From NCBI GenBank assembly GCA_019323515.1, contig JAHWHG010000003.1, positions 31,873 through 95,872 on the forward strand: 64,000 bases of DNA, given 5' to 3'. Numbering within the stretch: position 1 is the first letter of the stretch; each line of letters begins with the position of its first letter. This document shows positions 36,664 through 46,788 of the stretch, piece by piece. The translations under genes and the position numbers were made by a program. The notes under the pieces were generated by a model. The model did not search any database. It was not told where the DNA came from and worked only from the letters and a program-made list of their open reading frames with translations. The DNA comes from Candidatus Woesearchaeota archaeon (GTDB lineage Archaea; Nanobdellota; Nanobdellia; Woesearchaeales; JAHWHD01).

Positions 36664-39315
36664 ATGAAGAAGATAATATTATTCTTGGTGTTAATTGTTT
36701 TGGTAAGTGGGATTGTTATTAGTGCTGAAGAGACTAAGACTGAGGCTCAACTGAAGCAGATGAATGATGCTGATATTCAAACTTATTTTGCAGCTCGTTT
36801 TTCTGGAGCTACAATAAATCCTACTGGTGAAGAACTAAAGTTTCTTTTTCCAAGATTATGGATTGCAAAACCTTACCTTGACAAAATATTTAACAGTGAC
36901 CCCTTAATTGCTGTTGATCCAGATGCACAGGAACTTTCTAAAGAATATTTTGAGGGTTCTAGTGCTACATCCAATATGGGTAAGTCTTGGGAAGCAGCCA
37001 GGCAATATTTTGCTCATACATCTACTAGTGCACAGGGTAAGGATAAGAATGCAGTAGCTAGTTTCTTGCAGTTATTATCAGTTAATGGGGATTCTTCAAA
37101 AGTTGGAAATGCTCCGACTATAGAATTAACAGATAATTCTAAATTGAATATTATTGGAAGTACTCTTCGGGTTGGTGATACTGGTGTCACATTGAATTTA
37201 GCTAATTTTGGTAAAAATGATAAGATTACAATTGAAAAAGATAATATTAAAGTTGATGTGGCTGGTATGGGGCCAGTGCTTTTTGCCCAGAATTTCCCAA
37301 GAGGTTCGACGCTTAAGTTTGATGGTCAAGCTCTTGATTTGGATGGCATGAAGTTTAATTTTAAGAAAGGATTGGGACAAGGAACTGTGAGTTATGATGG
37401 GAATAAACTTTCTTTAGGGAGCATTCAGGATTATGAGTTTACATTAAAGGATGGAAGGAAGTTTAAGGTTAATAAAGGTGTTAGCAATTTTGAATTCGGT
37501 AATGGGAAACTAACTAAAGCAGAGATTGCGAATTCATGGACATTTGCAGATGCAACCTATACTGGAGTGTCTTCCACATTAAATTTTGATAAAAATGGAA
37601 AACTGGTTGAAATTGATTATACTAAGGGAGGCAAGGTTAGTTTGTTTAATGGCGCTTCATTGATAACGTCAAAAGAGAATACTGCATCTATTATGTTGGT
37701 TTCAGATTTTAGTTCTGCAGGTTCACCATATGCTAATGGGGCCTTATTAATGAAGGATGATGGTTCTGAATGGAAGGCAAAAGGTCAGGTTGATGTTAAT
37801 GCTCAAGGGAAGTATAAGTATAGCGGTCGTGCAGGTACAACTGCTGGCTTAAATTTTGCAAATAATAAGTATAATTTGGCTTTGGATACTTCTGATTATA
37901 CTGAAGGTTCAGCAGGTACATTTGAATTAGAAGGCGCGCCAAAATTGTCTTTTAATAAAGATAAGAACGGGGATCTTATTGCGAAGAATAGTAGGGATAC
38001 AGTCAGTGAAGGAGCTTCTAACTTAGATGTTACTCATTCAGATTCCAAAGTAAAGAATCTAATAGTAACTATGCTTGACAATGAGGGGTTGAAGATTAGG
38101 AATTATGACTCTGAAGCGTTCAGGACTGCAGCAGGACAAAGGCTTGCAGCTTCACAGGCAGTTCTTAATAATGAGTTAGGGAATATTGAGAAATTGCTTA
38201 ATGCAAAGAATTGGGATGAGATGGAAAAGAAGTCACTTGAATTGTATAAGAGTTACCAATTTATGAGTGTTGAACAAAAGGCTAAGTTCTATGAACTATT
38301 ATATAATACTGAAAGTCAGGTTCATATGCAAAGGAAGGATTGGTATAATGTTTATGTAGTTGCTCGTGATGATACTAAAGCTTATAGGGATGCAAGGGAT
38401 ACTTCTGAAGATACTTGGTACAGATTAGAGTCAACTGCAAAACAAGCACAGCAGAATGCCCAACTACTTAAGCAACAAGGTGATAAGCAAGCGCTTGAAA
38501 ATTATATGGCATGGCTTGCTGAACAAGAAAATCCAGACATGCAAAAGTTGCTCTTTGATTTACAGCAACAGAGAGAGGTAAAGCCAGTTGTACCTGCTAA
38601 GCCACCTGCAGAAGCAAAACCTGCAGCTAGAGATCCACAAGGTGTAGCGCAGGCAAAGGCAAATTCAGTTCCAGATTACACTCCGGCGCTCAATCAGTTG
38701 AAATCTTTTGTGAATAATCCTGCTAATAAAGGTCAATGGAGCAAAGAGGTAGGTACTACTGATAATACTGGTAAAAAGGTAACAAAGTACGTAGATGCAC
38801 AAGGAAGTGAGTTTGCAAGTGTTACTTATCAAGATGGTAATGTTAAATCTGTTAGTTATTACAAAGAAAAGATTCCTGCAGGACAAAGAGAAATCCCTGC
38901 TCCTGTACCAGAACCTGATCCTGCAGTTCCTGCGAGAGATGCTGTTAAGCAAGCTGCTGAGCAAAATGCATACAAGTTTGATTTGAGTCATGCTCAAAAG
39001 GTAATGGACACAATAAATGCTTATGATTTGGGAGAGACTGCTCAGGAGCGTAGCAGAGCGTTTTCAGAACTACAGAGATTTGCTTATGAGGTTATGTCAA
39101 GGAAAATAGATAGGAATTATCCTAGTATTGTTCATCAAGGGTTGAATTTTGATTCATATCTCTTAGATTTAAGGAATTTAGCAAGAACTAGTGATGATGG
39201 TTTTGTAGATGCAAATCGCAGATTAGATTTGTTGGAGAATCAGTATAGTCCAAACCCTGAAAAACTTCAACAAATACAAGAGACCAGAAATTTTATCAGA
39301 GCTCTGAATAGGTAA
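36664..39315 (+). CDS. Large secreted protein of 883 aa with a Pro/Ala-rich linker.
   Basis: The Sec signal is MKKIILFLVLIVLVSGIVISA. The middle is Gly/Asn/Lys-rich. PAKPPAEAKPAA and PAPVPEPDPAVPA linkers are present. Confidence 0.5.
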   Translation: MKKIILFLVLIVLVSGIVISAEETKTEAQLKQMNDADIQTYFAARFSGATINPTGEELKFLFPRLWIAKPYLDKIFNSDPLIAVDPDAQELSKEYFEGSSATSNMGKSWEAARQYFAHTSTSAQGKDKNAVASFLQLLSVNGDSSKVGNAPTIELTDNSKLNIIGSTLRVGDTGVTLNLANFGKNDKITIEKDNIKVDVAGMGPVLFAQNFPRGSTLKFDGQALDLDGMKFNFKKGLGQGTVSYDGNKLSLGSIQDYEFTLKDGRKFKVNKGVSNFEFGNGKLTKAEIANSWTFADATYTGVSSTLNFDKNGKLVEIDYTKGGKVSLFNGASLITSKENTASIMLVSDFSSAGSPYANGALLMKDDGSEWKAKGQVDVNAQGKYKYSGRAGTTAGLNFANNKYNLALDTSDYTEGSAGTFELEGAPKLSFNKDKNGDLIAKNSRDTVSEGASNLDVTHSDSKVKNLIVTMLDNEGLKIRNYDSEAFRTAAGQRLAASQAVLNNELGNIEKLLNAKNWDEMEKKSLELYKSYQFMSVEQKAKFYELLYNTESQVHMQRKDWYNVYVVARDDTKAYRDARDTSEDTWYRLESTAKQAQQNAQLLKQQGDKQALENYMAWLAEQENPDMQKLLFDLQQQREVKPVVPAKPPAEAKPAARDPQGVAQAKANSVPDYTPALNQLKSFVNNPANKGQWSKEVGTTDNTGKKVTKYVDAQGSEFASVTYQDGNVKSVSYYKEKIPAGQREIPAPVPEPDPAVPARDAVKQAAEQNAYKFDLSHAQKVMDTINAYDLGETAQERSRAFSELQRFAYEVMSRKIDRNYPSIVHQGLNFDSYLLDLRNLARTSDDGFVDANRRLDLLENQYSPNPEKLQQIQETRNFIRALNR

Positions 39316-40222
39316 TACCTTTAACCAATTCATTAAACTTTTTATTATTATTTAATTCATTGCAAAGCCTAGCACTTGCTCTAATGTATTGTTTTCTCAT
39401 TCTTTTAATCTCTGAACTGGAATTTATCCTATAAGCGATCCTGTTTCTTGAGTTTATGAAAAGTATATTTGAGAAAGGTTCAATGCCGAACCTTTCTTGG
39501 ATCAACCTGTCAGATAATCTCCAAGCTTTACCATGCATATTGTCCTTATTTTTTTGGATATTAACATATGAGTCGAATAGTGAAGGCAAATAATCACCTA
39601 CTAAATCTGATAACATTATAAGTCCAGCCCTTAAAGCATACATCTCATCATAGAAAGGTTTTGGATTTCTGCAGCAAAGATGTGCTCTTTCATGAAAACA
39701 TATTTCTGCAACGCCAAAGGGAGAGCCACTGCAATCAGTATAAATTGTATAATGCATCTTATTTCCAATTGCCCTAGGATAAGTATATCCATCTCTGCCT
39801 TTACCATATTTTGTAGTGAGGTAATCTTTTCTTTCCATTACCTTTAATCTAATTGTTGCATCTTTTGAACTAAAGAAGTCTGAGCCATAGCGAGCCTTGA
39901 AAACCATATTAATAAGGCGTTCAAATCTTGTATTATCATGCTGTGAGCTGTCATAAGTACCAGTAGATTTCCAGTTTTGCATATAGAACTTTGAAACATA
40001 GTCAACTGGTTCAACCTCTTCCCTTATCTTTGCGATATAGCCATACCTGCCATCAATATTCCAATGTGATTCAGGAGACATGTCCTTTTTTCTGCATGTT
40101 TCTCTCCATTCTCTTTCAAGCTTTGTCAATCTTGCTTCAAGATCCTTAGTACCTAGTAGAAGGCATCCTAAACCTGCCATTCTAGATAGAAGGCTACGTC
40201 TGCTCATACAATCCCCAGTCAT
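39296..40222 (-). CDS. Putative secreted zinc metallopeptidase (HExxH) with a twin-arginine-like signal.
   Basis: The N-terminus is MSRRSLLSRMAGLGCLLLG. The motif FHERAHLCC is HExxH. Its 3' end overlaps the 36664 gene by about 20 nt in convergent orientation. Confidence 0.4.
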   Translation of the reverse strand: MTGDCMSRRSLLSRMAGLGCLLLGTKDLEARLTKLEREWRETCRKKDMSPESHWNIDGRYGYIAKIREEVEPVDYVSKFYMQNWKSTGTYDSSQHDNTRFERLINMVFKARYGSDFFSSKDATIRLKVMERKDYLTTKYGKGRDGYTYPRAIGNKMHYTIYTDCSGSPFGVAEICFHERAHLCCRNPKPFYDEMYALRAGLIMLSDLVGDYLPSLFDSYVNIQKNKDNMHGKAWRLSDRLIQERFGIEPFSNILFINSRNRIAYRINSSSEIKRMRKQYIRASARLCNELNNNKKFNELVKGITYSEL

Positions 40223-40342
40223 AATGCTAATTACCTTAATTATCTTTATAAATTTACCTATAAGTAGTTACAAAGGCCTATAGAAAGTTTTATATATGTA
40301 AGGAATCATCATAGAAAGCATAAAAGTCGTGAGGGTGATTTC

Positions 40343-40615
40343 ATGTTAAAGATGAAGAAGATTACTGAAACATATGATATGAAGGTTTTTACTGACTCAG
40401 GAGAGTATTTTGGAGATGTTGATGAGTCAATTCTAACAACAAATAAGCTATTTGGCTGGAAAGTAAGAGCTACTAAGAGTTCATTCCTGAATAAGGTGCT
40501 TGGTTCTGCAAAAGGCGTGATTGTTCCACATCAGCTAGTGAAGAGCATTGGAGATATAATGATCATAAGCAAAGCTGCAGTGCCATCATATAGCCCTGAG
40601 GAAGAAGCTGAATGA
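40343..40615 (+). CDS. Small PRC-barrel-like protein.
   Basis: At 90 aa, the pattern KVFTDSGEYFGDVDESIL...KGVIVPHQLVKSIGDIMII resembles the PRC barrel. Confidence 0.4.
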   Translation: MLKMKKITETYDMKVFTDSGEYFGDVDESILTTNKLFGWKVRATKSSFLNKVLGSAKGVIVPHQLVKSIGDIMIISKAAVPSYSPEEEAE

Positions 40616-40820
40616 ACATAGAGCAGATTGAAGAACTTAGCCCTGAGCTAAGGAAGTATGCTTTATTTTATAATTATTTTTATGAAAGGAATCAAGAGAT
40701 TCCTAATTAAATCTTTTTTGAGAATTCCTTTGAGTCTATTGCTTCTACTTGTTCAAATAGGATTTTTAATGTCTTTTTGTTTGAGATTTTTTCATGGGTG
40801 TGAGGGTATACTATCCATAG

Positions 40821-41171
40821 TTATTGTGTTTCAGAGAATGGGTTGATAAAGTAGAGTGATAAGGTATTATCTTTGATTAATTCGCTCCATGAGTCAATTA
40901 CTTTTTTTAAGTTTTCTTTTGAATTAAGAAGCACGATTGAAGAATGTGATGCTTTTAGATTTGTTTTAGCGCTATTGAGCTTTTCCAGTGTGGCAATTAA
41001 GTTGTCAATCTCAGGTTCTATTAGAAATGCTTGGGTCTTTTCCTTAAATTCTACGAATAAATCAACCCCCTCCTTGTCTTCTGTAATAGAAATAATCGCT
41101 CTCCTAATCAAGTCTTTGTTCTTTAGATACTCTTTTGTCCATTCCTTTAGAAAGGCTTTTGGTTTGTCCAT
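40821..41171 (-). CDS. Hypothetical protein of 116 aa.
   Basis: It is an ORF downstream of pcn on the same strand. Confidence 0.35.
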   Translation of the reverse strand: MDKPKAFLKEWTKEYLKNKDLIRRAIISITEDKEGVDLFVEFKEKTQAFLIEPEIDNLIATLEKLNSAKTNLKASHSSIVLLNSKENLKKVIDSWSELIKDNTLSLYFINPFSETQ

Positions 41172-41237
41172 GTCACATCCTTTTTTAAGTAGAATTGATA
41201 GAATTAGTATTTAAAATTTTTTAAAAAATAAAAAAAT

Positions 41238-41975
41238 CTAATCGTTCTCTACCCTAGGAGCAAGTATAAAGCTAAGCATAAGCCTGTCCATCTCTTTATA
41301 CTCAAGCTTTAAAGGGTAATCTTTTGAGAAGTATAGAGAGACCTGGTTAGCAAGTTTTGAACCACCCATCATCTTCTTAAGGTATTCGATTGAGTACTTT
41401 GCTTTTATCTTATCCTGAGTCTCAATGTTAACATCATCTGCCTTGTTAATGTCGATCCTTGCTTTACTTAAATCACCTGTGGCTTCAACTACAAGTTTTT
41501 CAGGCTCTGCCTGGAATGTGACTGACTCTGCTACTATATCAACATCTTCAATTGCGTCTGTAAGGAATTCAGTAGGCATTACAATAGAAGCGCCGAAGTT
41601 TAAATCAGGAATCTTTTGTTCCTTTTCATCAAGTTCGATGATTGGAATCGAGAATGTTCTCTTCGAATTGCCCTGTAATGTCAATTTTAGCTTGTTGTTG
41701 TCAAGCTCTAAAGTAAGCATATCGCTTGGCTTTGTCCTTCTTAGTATCTGTTTAAGGTTGTTGAGGTTAATAGCGATTTCGGTATCCTGGTCAACCTTGT
41801 ATTCAGTAAATGTAGAAGATAGAAGCTTGAATATTACCATTGCAACGTTTGCAGGGTCCATTGCAATCATTTCAATTGCTTCAGGTGTAATCTTAAAGCA
41901 AGCTTCATTCACTAATTCTGATATTATTGATATACTATCCTTAAAGTATTTAGGTTCAGCTAGAGTAAGTCTCAT
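41238..41975 (-). CDS. pcn: DNA polymerase sliding clamp PCNA.
   Basis: It is 245 aa. The N-terminal FKITPEAIEMIAMDPANVAMVIFKL and the two-domain layout with an interdomain connector fit PCNA. Confidence 0.8.
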   Translation of the reverse strand: MRLTLAEPKYFKDSISIISELVNEACFKITPEAIEMIAMDPANVAMVIFKLLSSTFTEYKVDQDTEIAINLNNLKQILRRTKPSDMLTLELDNNKLKLTLQGNSKRTFSIPIIELDEKEQKIPDLNFGASIVMPTEFLTDAIEDVDIVAESVTFQAEPEKLVVEATGDLSKARIDINKADDVNIETQDKIKAKYSIEYLKKMMGGSKLANQVSLYFSKDYPLKLEYKEMDRLMLSFILAPRVEND

Positions 41976-42056
41976 TTTATAATCCCCCCAGATTTTAATG
42001 TTTTAATGTATACTTAACCTATTTATATATATTTTTGTTTTAGAATATAGGTCTTT

Positions 42057-43394
42057 TTAAAGGGTAATCCTTTGATGATTTTTAAGCAGATGTACATTAT
42101 TTGAGAGGTCATAGCCTAATTCACCTGAAAGTTCTTTTAAAGCTTCCATCATGTTCTTTTCGCCATGCGCTGGAAATATATGTTTTGGCTTAAGCATGTG
42201 AAGGAAGTCTCTTAAATCTTCTCTTGAGGCGTGTCCTGATACATGAATGTCCTTGAAGATCCTTACGCCATATTTCTTTAGTTTTCTTTCAAGTTCTTCC
42301 CTATTCTCGATATTGAGCTTGTTAGGGATAACTTTGCATGAAAATATAACATGATCCTCTGGAAGGAATTCAAATGGGAGTTCTTTGTCAACCATCTTTG
42401 AAAGAGTCGCTTTTGGTTCTCCTTGATGGCCTGTGACAACGAAAAGGTATTTGTCACGTTCTCCATTCTTTTCGATACTTGCAAGCTTTCTTCTAATCTG
42501 CTTACCAAACTTAACAATCTCTGCTTTTTTCTTGAAATTGATTACTTCTGCTTCTTCGCCTGCATTTACGTACTTATAAAGTGACCTGCCAAGAAATAAC
42601 ACTTTTCTGTTCATCTTTCTTCCGAACTCTACGATTGATTTAAGGCGTGCAAGGTGGCTTGAAAATGTAGTTACAATCACAGCCTTGCCTTTTGAGTTGG
42701 TTCCGAGCATTACTTCATTAAGCATCTCTTTAGCGACCATCTCTGATGGTGTTTTCATAGCATTTGGCGCATATAATGAGTCAACTATTAAAGCAATAAC
42801 GCCTTTTTTACCAATCTCTTCAAGCTTTTCAAAGTTTGTTGCTTTTCCTAAAGTTGGGTGTCTGTCAAACTTGAAGTCATTTGCATACAATATTGAACCA
42901 TATGGGGTATGAAGCACTGCAAGCACTGTCTGTGGTGTCGAGTGCGTCATATTGATGAACTCTAAAGTAATCTTGTCAGATATGTGGTATTTTGAGTTAA
43001 TGTTCATCCTAAGAATTCTGTTCTTAATTTTTGAACGTTCGTCTTCTTCAATGGCTTTTATTACAGCTGCGGTAAAAGGTGTGCAGAGAATAGGTGCTTT
43101 GAATTTGTTTGATAAGAATGGGATAGCTCCTGTATGATCAAGATGGGCATGTGTAGGAACTATTGCTTTTACTTTATCTTTCCAGTCATTTATCACTGAT
43201 ATATCAGGTATAGCGCCTACCTTGATAAGTTCAGCAGCCGAAACGCCGTGGATATCCTCATCTTCTGTGTATCGGATATAATTTTCAAGATGGATGCCCA
43301 TGTCTATAAGAATTACTTCGTCGTCTACTTTAATAGCAGTCATATTCTTTCCTATTTCTTGGTATCCGCCAACTGCACAGATTTCTATTCCCAT
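42057..43394 (-). CDS. Beta-CASP metallo-beta-lactamase ribonuclease (archaeal RNase J / aCPSF2-like).
   Basis: The MBL motif is VPTHAHLDHTGAIP. C-terminal beta-CASP motifs include HVSGHASREDL. At 445 aa with no N-terminal KH domains, it is not aCPSF1. Confidence 0.7.
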   Translation of the reverse strand: MGIEICAVGGYQEIGKNMTAIKVDDEVILIDMGIHLENYIRYTEDEDIHGVSAAELIKVGAIPDISVINDWKDKVKAIVPTHAHLDHTGAIPFLSNKFKAPILCTPFTAAVIKAIEEDERSKIKNRILRMNINSKYHISDKITLEFINMTHSTPQTVLAVLHTPYGSILYANDFKFDRHPTLGKATNFEKLEEIGKKGVIALIVDSLYAPNAMKTPSEMVAKEMLNEVMLGTNSKGKAVIVTTFSSHLARLKSIVEFGRKMNRKVLFLGRSLYKYVNAGEEAEVINFKKKAEIVKFGKQIRRKLASIEKNGERDKYLFVVTGHQGEPKATLSKMVDKELPFEFLPEDHVIFSCKVIPNKLNIENREELERKLKKYGVRIFKDIHVSGHASREDLRDFLHMLKPKHIFPAHGEKNMMEALKELSGELGYDLSNNVHLLKNHQRITL

Positions 43395-43507
43395 AGGTTT
43401 TTGGATTATATGCTATGATATATAAATTTTTGTGTATTTACTATGTATTTGGGACAAGAAAAGTTATTTATAATATCTTTAAGTTGCATTTTTCTGAGGT
43501 GGTTTGT

Positions 43508-44230
43508 ATGGAATGGTATATGCAACATGCTTATTACGAGTTCTTGATGAAGAATAATGTAATTGGTTTTTTTGAGGAAAGAAGGAAGTTGAAATCAGGA
43601 AGGATGTCAAATTGGTATGCGAATTTTAGGAAGGTTACTAATTCTTTATCAAGTAAGAGGGAATTGTTGGGATTTTTGAAGGATTATATTGATAATTTTG
43701 TTGAATCTGTTGATTACTTTATTGGTGTTCCTGAGAGTATGACCTGTGCTGGTGAGAGCCTTAATGAAATGTGTGGGATTGAGAGACTTGTCAAGTTAAG
43801 AGCAAATACTAAAGAGCACGGAGCACCGCAGGACAGGTATTTCTTGGGGGAAATTAGGGAAGGTGATAAAGTTGTTTTGCTTGAGGATGTCACGACAACA
43901 GGTGGAAGTCTTTTGAAGAGAGTTTATGAGTGTAAAGAGGCAGGTCTTGATGTGGTTGGAACAGTTGGATTGTTAAACAGATTAGAATATGTGGATAAAG
44001 ATACTTTTGAAAGACTTGGATTACTAGAGAAGTTGAAACATGGTGATAATTTTGAGTTAGGTGTAGAAGATTTTTTTAGGAGAGAGACAGATGTAACACA
44101 TTATTCTATGATAAATGCTAAGTATGCATTGCCAAGAGCTGCTCAAAAATTAAAACCTCATAATGAAATCATAAGTGATATTGAGGCTGATTTTGAAAAT
44201 TATGGTGTAAAGCCAATTAAGTTAAGGTGA
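43508..44230 (+). CDS. pyrE: Orotate phosphoribosyltransferase.
   Basis: LKSGRMSNWYANFR matches the PRTase N-terminal motif. VVLLEDVTTTGGSL is the PRPP-binding loop. The ORF track starts at 43415 with an implausible N-terminus. Confidence 0.65.
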   Translation: MEWYMQHAYYEFLMKNNVIGFFEERRKLKSGRMSNWYANFRKVTNSLSSKRELLGFLKDYIDNFVESVDYFIGVPESMTCAGESLNEMCGIERLVKLRANTKEHGAPQDRYFLGEIREGDKVVLLEDVTTTGGSLLKRVYECKEAGLDVVGTVGLLNRLEYVDKDTFERLGLLEKLKHGDNFELGVEDFFRRETDVTHYSMINAKYALPRAAQKLKPHNEIISDIEADFENYGVKPIKLR

Positions 44231-45150
44231 TGATTATGGAACTGATAGAATTGAATGATAAGGAGAAGTTAGCAAGAGAAAAGTTATGCTTTGCGATGGA
44301 TAACATAAAAGAGCTTGACAAAGTTGAGGAAATTGTTAAGGAGCTGAGTCCTTATGTTGGATTATTTAAAGTTGGGATGGAATCTTACACAAGGTTTGGG
44401 CCAAGGGTTGTTGAATTGATAAAGGGTTATGGTTCAGAGATGTTTCTTGATTTGAAATATCATGATATCCCTAATACTGTTGTTGGTGCTGGAAGTGCTG
44501 TAAGTGATCTTAAGGGTATCAGGTTCTTTAACATCCATGCAAGTAATGGTTATGAGACCTGTAAGAAGACTAAAGAGAAGTTGGTTGAAGTAAAAGCTGA
44601 TGCAAAAGTGATTGGGGTTACAGTCTTGACAAGCATGGATTTAGTAAGATATTTTCATACACATGCTCTTCCAGTAATTGAGACATGGCCAGAGAATTTT
44701 AAGGGTGCAGATGATTTGTTGAAGTTTCCTTATACTACATTAATAAACTATGATTCTGAATTCAGGAAGGATCCTAATTTTAAAGATAAGTTTGAATATG
44801 AATGCATGCTTGAGAATTTTAAAGGTCTGCTAGGGGAAAATGGTGATAGGTATGTTTCAAATGCTGTGAAGCATATGGCTAGTATAGCTGTTAATGCTGG
44901 ATTAGATGGGATAGTTTGTTCTGCTGCTGATTTAGAGAACTTGAAGCTGCCTAAAGATTTTATGACAGTTACTCCTGGAATCAAAGGTCGGAAGAAAGGA
45001 GCAGGTAGTGATCAGAGTAGGGTTTTTACAGCTGGAAAAGCTGTCCAGGCAGGTTCTGATGTCTTAGTAGTGGGAAGAGCTATAGGGAATGCTGAAGATA
45101 GGGCAGAGGCAGCTTATGATATGTTGAATGAGATGGCGGAGTATCTTTAA
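44227..45150 (+). CDS. pyrF: Orotidine 5'-phosphate decarboxylase.
   Basis: The motifs FLDLKYHDIPNTV and LCFAMD are present. Confidence 0.8.
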   Translation: MMIMELIELNDKEKLAREKLCFAMDNIKELDKVEEIVKELSPYVGLFKVGMESYTRFGPRVVELIKGYGSEMFLDLKYHDIPNTVVGAGSAVSDLKGIRFFNIHASNGYETCKKTKEKLVEVKADAKVIGVTVLTSMDLVRYFHTHALPVIETWPENFKGADDLLKFPYTTLINYDSEFRKDPNFKDKFEYECMLENFKGLLGENGDRYVSNAVKHMASIAVNAGLDGIVCSAADLENLKLPKDFMTVTPGIKGRKKGAGSDQSRVFTAGKAVQAGSDVLVVGRAIGNAEDRAEAAYDMLNEMAEYL

Positions 45151-45151
45151 A

Positions 45152-46057
45152 ATGCCAAAATTAAACTTAAACCCTCCTTTTATCAATGGTTCTGGGTTAT
45201 TGAGTTATTTAGATGTGTTTGAGAGGTTAGAGAAAGAGGGTGTTATGTTTGGTGGTTGGGTTACAAAATCAATTGGCCCGCAAGCTAAGGACGGCAATTA
45301 TAATCCTACGATACATATTGATGGACCTATTGTAATGAATAGTTTTGCATTACCAACCCAATCATGGAGAGGGTGGAGAAACGAGTTTAAGGTTTCTCGC
45401 ATCACAAAGCCAATCATAGGTTCATGTTATGGTGAAAATCCTACAGATTATCATACAGTAATAGTCCAGTTTGATACATTTGTGCAGGGATGGGAACTTA
45501 ATCTTTCTTGTCCAAATAAGGTCAAGGGTGAAAAGAGTCTTCAGGAAGTTGTTGATAACAGATGGGTTAAGGATGTTGTTGAGCCTTTGAGAAGTTTAAC
45601 TGCGAAGCCGATCATTGCTAAGTTGTCTCCTAATTATAATTATCTTGGAATGACTGAATTAGTACAAGAGCATGTTGATTATATAGGGTGTGGTAACACA
45701 ATTGGTCCAGGTTTAGCGATTAATATCTATGTTAGGAAGCCAATCTTAGCTGGAGTTTATGGTGGTTTGTCTGGTGAGGCTATAAGGCCTATTAATATGA
45801 AGATGGTGAATGATGTGTATAACGCTGTTCATGGTTCCGAGCTGGAGATAATTGCTTATGGTGGAATAAGTAAGTGGCAGGATGTAATTGAGTATGCAAT
45901 TGCAGGAGCAAGTGTCTATGGGATTGGAACTGCTTTGTTGAACAAGAATACTCAGCAAATTGTTAAGTTTACTAAAGATTTGTGTGAAGGTGTTGATAAG
46001 TTCTTAAAGAGTGAAGGTCTCATGCTACAGGAATTAGTCGGGAGTCTAAGAAAATGA
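45152..46057 (+). CDS. pyrD: Dihydroorotate dehydrogenase catalytic subunit (class 1B).
   Basis: The motifs NPPFINGSG, ELNLSCPN and a C-terminal GIGTAL are present. The ORF track starts at 45128. Confidence 0.8.
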   Translation: MPKLNLNPPFINGSGLLSYLDVFERLEKEGVMFGGWVTKSIGPQAKDGNYNPTIHIDGPIVMNSFALPTQSWRGWRNEFKVSRITKPIIGSCYGENPTDYHTVIVQFDTFVQGWELNLSCPNKVKGEKSLQEVVDNRWVKDVVEPLRSLTAKPIIAKLSPNYNYLGMTELVQEHVDYIGCGNTIGPGLAINIYVRKPILAGVYGGLSGEAIRPINMKMVNDVYNAVHGSELEIIAYGGISKWQDVIEYAIAGASVYGIGTALLNKNTQQIVKFTKDLCEGVDKFLKSEGLMLQELVGSLRK

Positions 46058-46788
46058 AAACCTATAAAATCCAGAAGATTGAAGAACATAGTGATTTGAT
46101 AAGAAGTTTTTATGTTGATGATTTTTTAGTCACTGGTCCAGGTATGTTTGTTATGGTTGGGATTCCTGGAATTGGTGAGAAGCCAATGTCTTTAAGTGGC
46201 AGGGGAAGGTTTACAGTAAAGAAAGTAGGCAGATTCACTAAAGAATTGTTTCAGAAAGATGAGGGTGATTATATTACATTAAGGAATCCAAGAGGATTTG
46301 TGTATAATGAAAGGGCAGAGACTTTGATTGGGGGAGGTATGGGGATAGCGCCTTTAGCAGCTTCAAGGGTTAGCCATAAGAATATTGTAATTGCAGGAAA
46401 AACTATTGATGATATTATTTTTAAGGATGAGTTTGAGATGATGCTTACTAACAAAGGAAATTTTTCTGTTTATACTGAAGATGGTTCTATGGGGAAGAAG
46501 GGAATCATTATAGACCATGATTTTTCTAAGTGTGAAGGTCCTTATTTGATATGTGGTCCTGAGCTGATGATGGAGGCTGTGGCAGAGAAGATAAATAAAC
46601 CTAAATCTACATGGTTAATCATGGAGAGGTATATGAAGTGCGGGGTTGGTCTTTGTGGTGCTTGTTCTTGTTCTGGTTATCGTGTTTGTGTTGATGGACC
46701 TGTAATGCGATATGATATATTGAAAGGGACAGAGCATTTTGGTAAGTTAAAGAGAAAGAAGAATGGTGAACTTGTTGAGTTAAAATGA
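46054..46788 (+). CDS. pyrK: Dihydroorotate dehydrogenase electron-transfer subunit (FAD/NAD-binding, 2Fe-2S).
   Basis: The GGGMGIAP nucleotide-binding motif is present. The C-terminus carries CGVGLCGACSC...CVDGP. Confidence 0.75.
   Translation: MKTYKIQKIEEHSDLIRSFYVDDFLVTGPGMFVMVGIPGIGEKPMSLSGRGRFTVKKVGRFTKELFQKDEGDYITLRNPRGFVYNERAETLIGGGMGIAPLAASRVSHKNIVIAGKTIDDIIFKDEFEMMLTNKGNFSVYTEDGSMGKKGIIIDHDFSKCEGPYLICGPELMMEAVAEKINKPKSTWLIMERYMKCGVGLCGACSCSGYRVCVDGPVMRYDILKGTEHFGKLKRKKNGELVELK

Noticed and set aside
40658-41214. Plus-strand ORFs 40658..40846 and 40873..41214.
   Set aside because: The second is antisense to the 116-aa minus gene. The first is a hydrophobic 62-aa frame in an intergenic or overlapping region with no ribosome-binding site. 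It is possible but unsupported.
41425-41982. 185-aa plus-strand ORF.
   Set aside because: It is antisense to PCNA.
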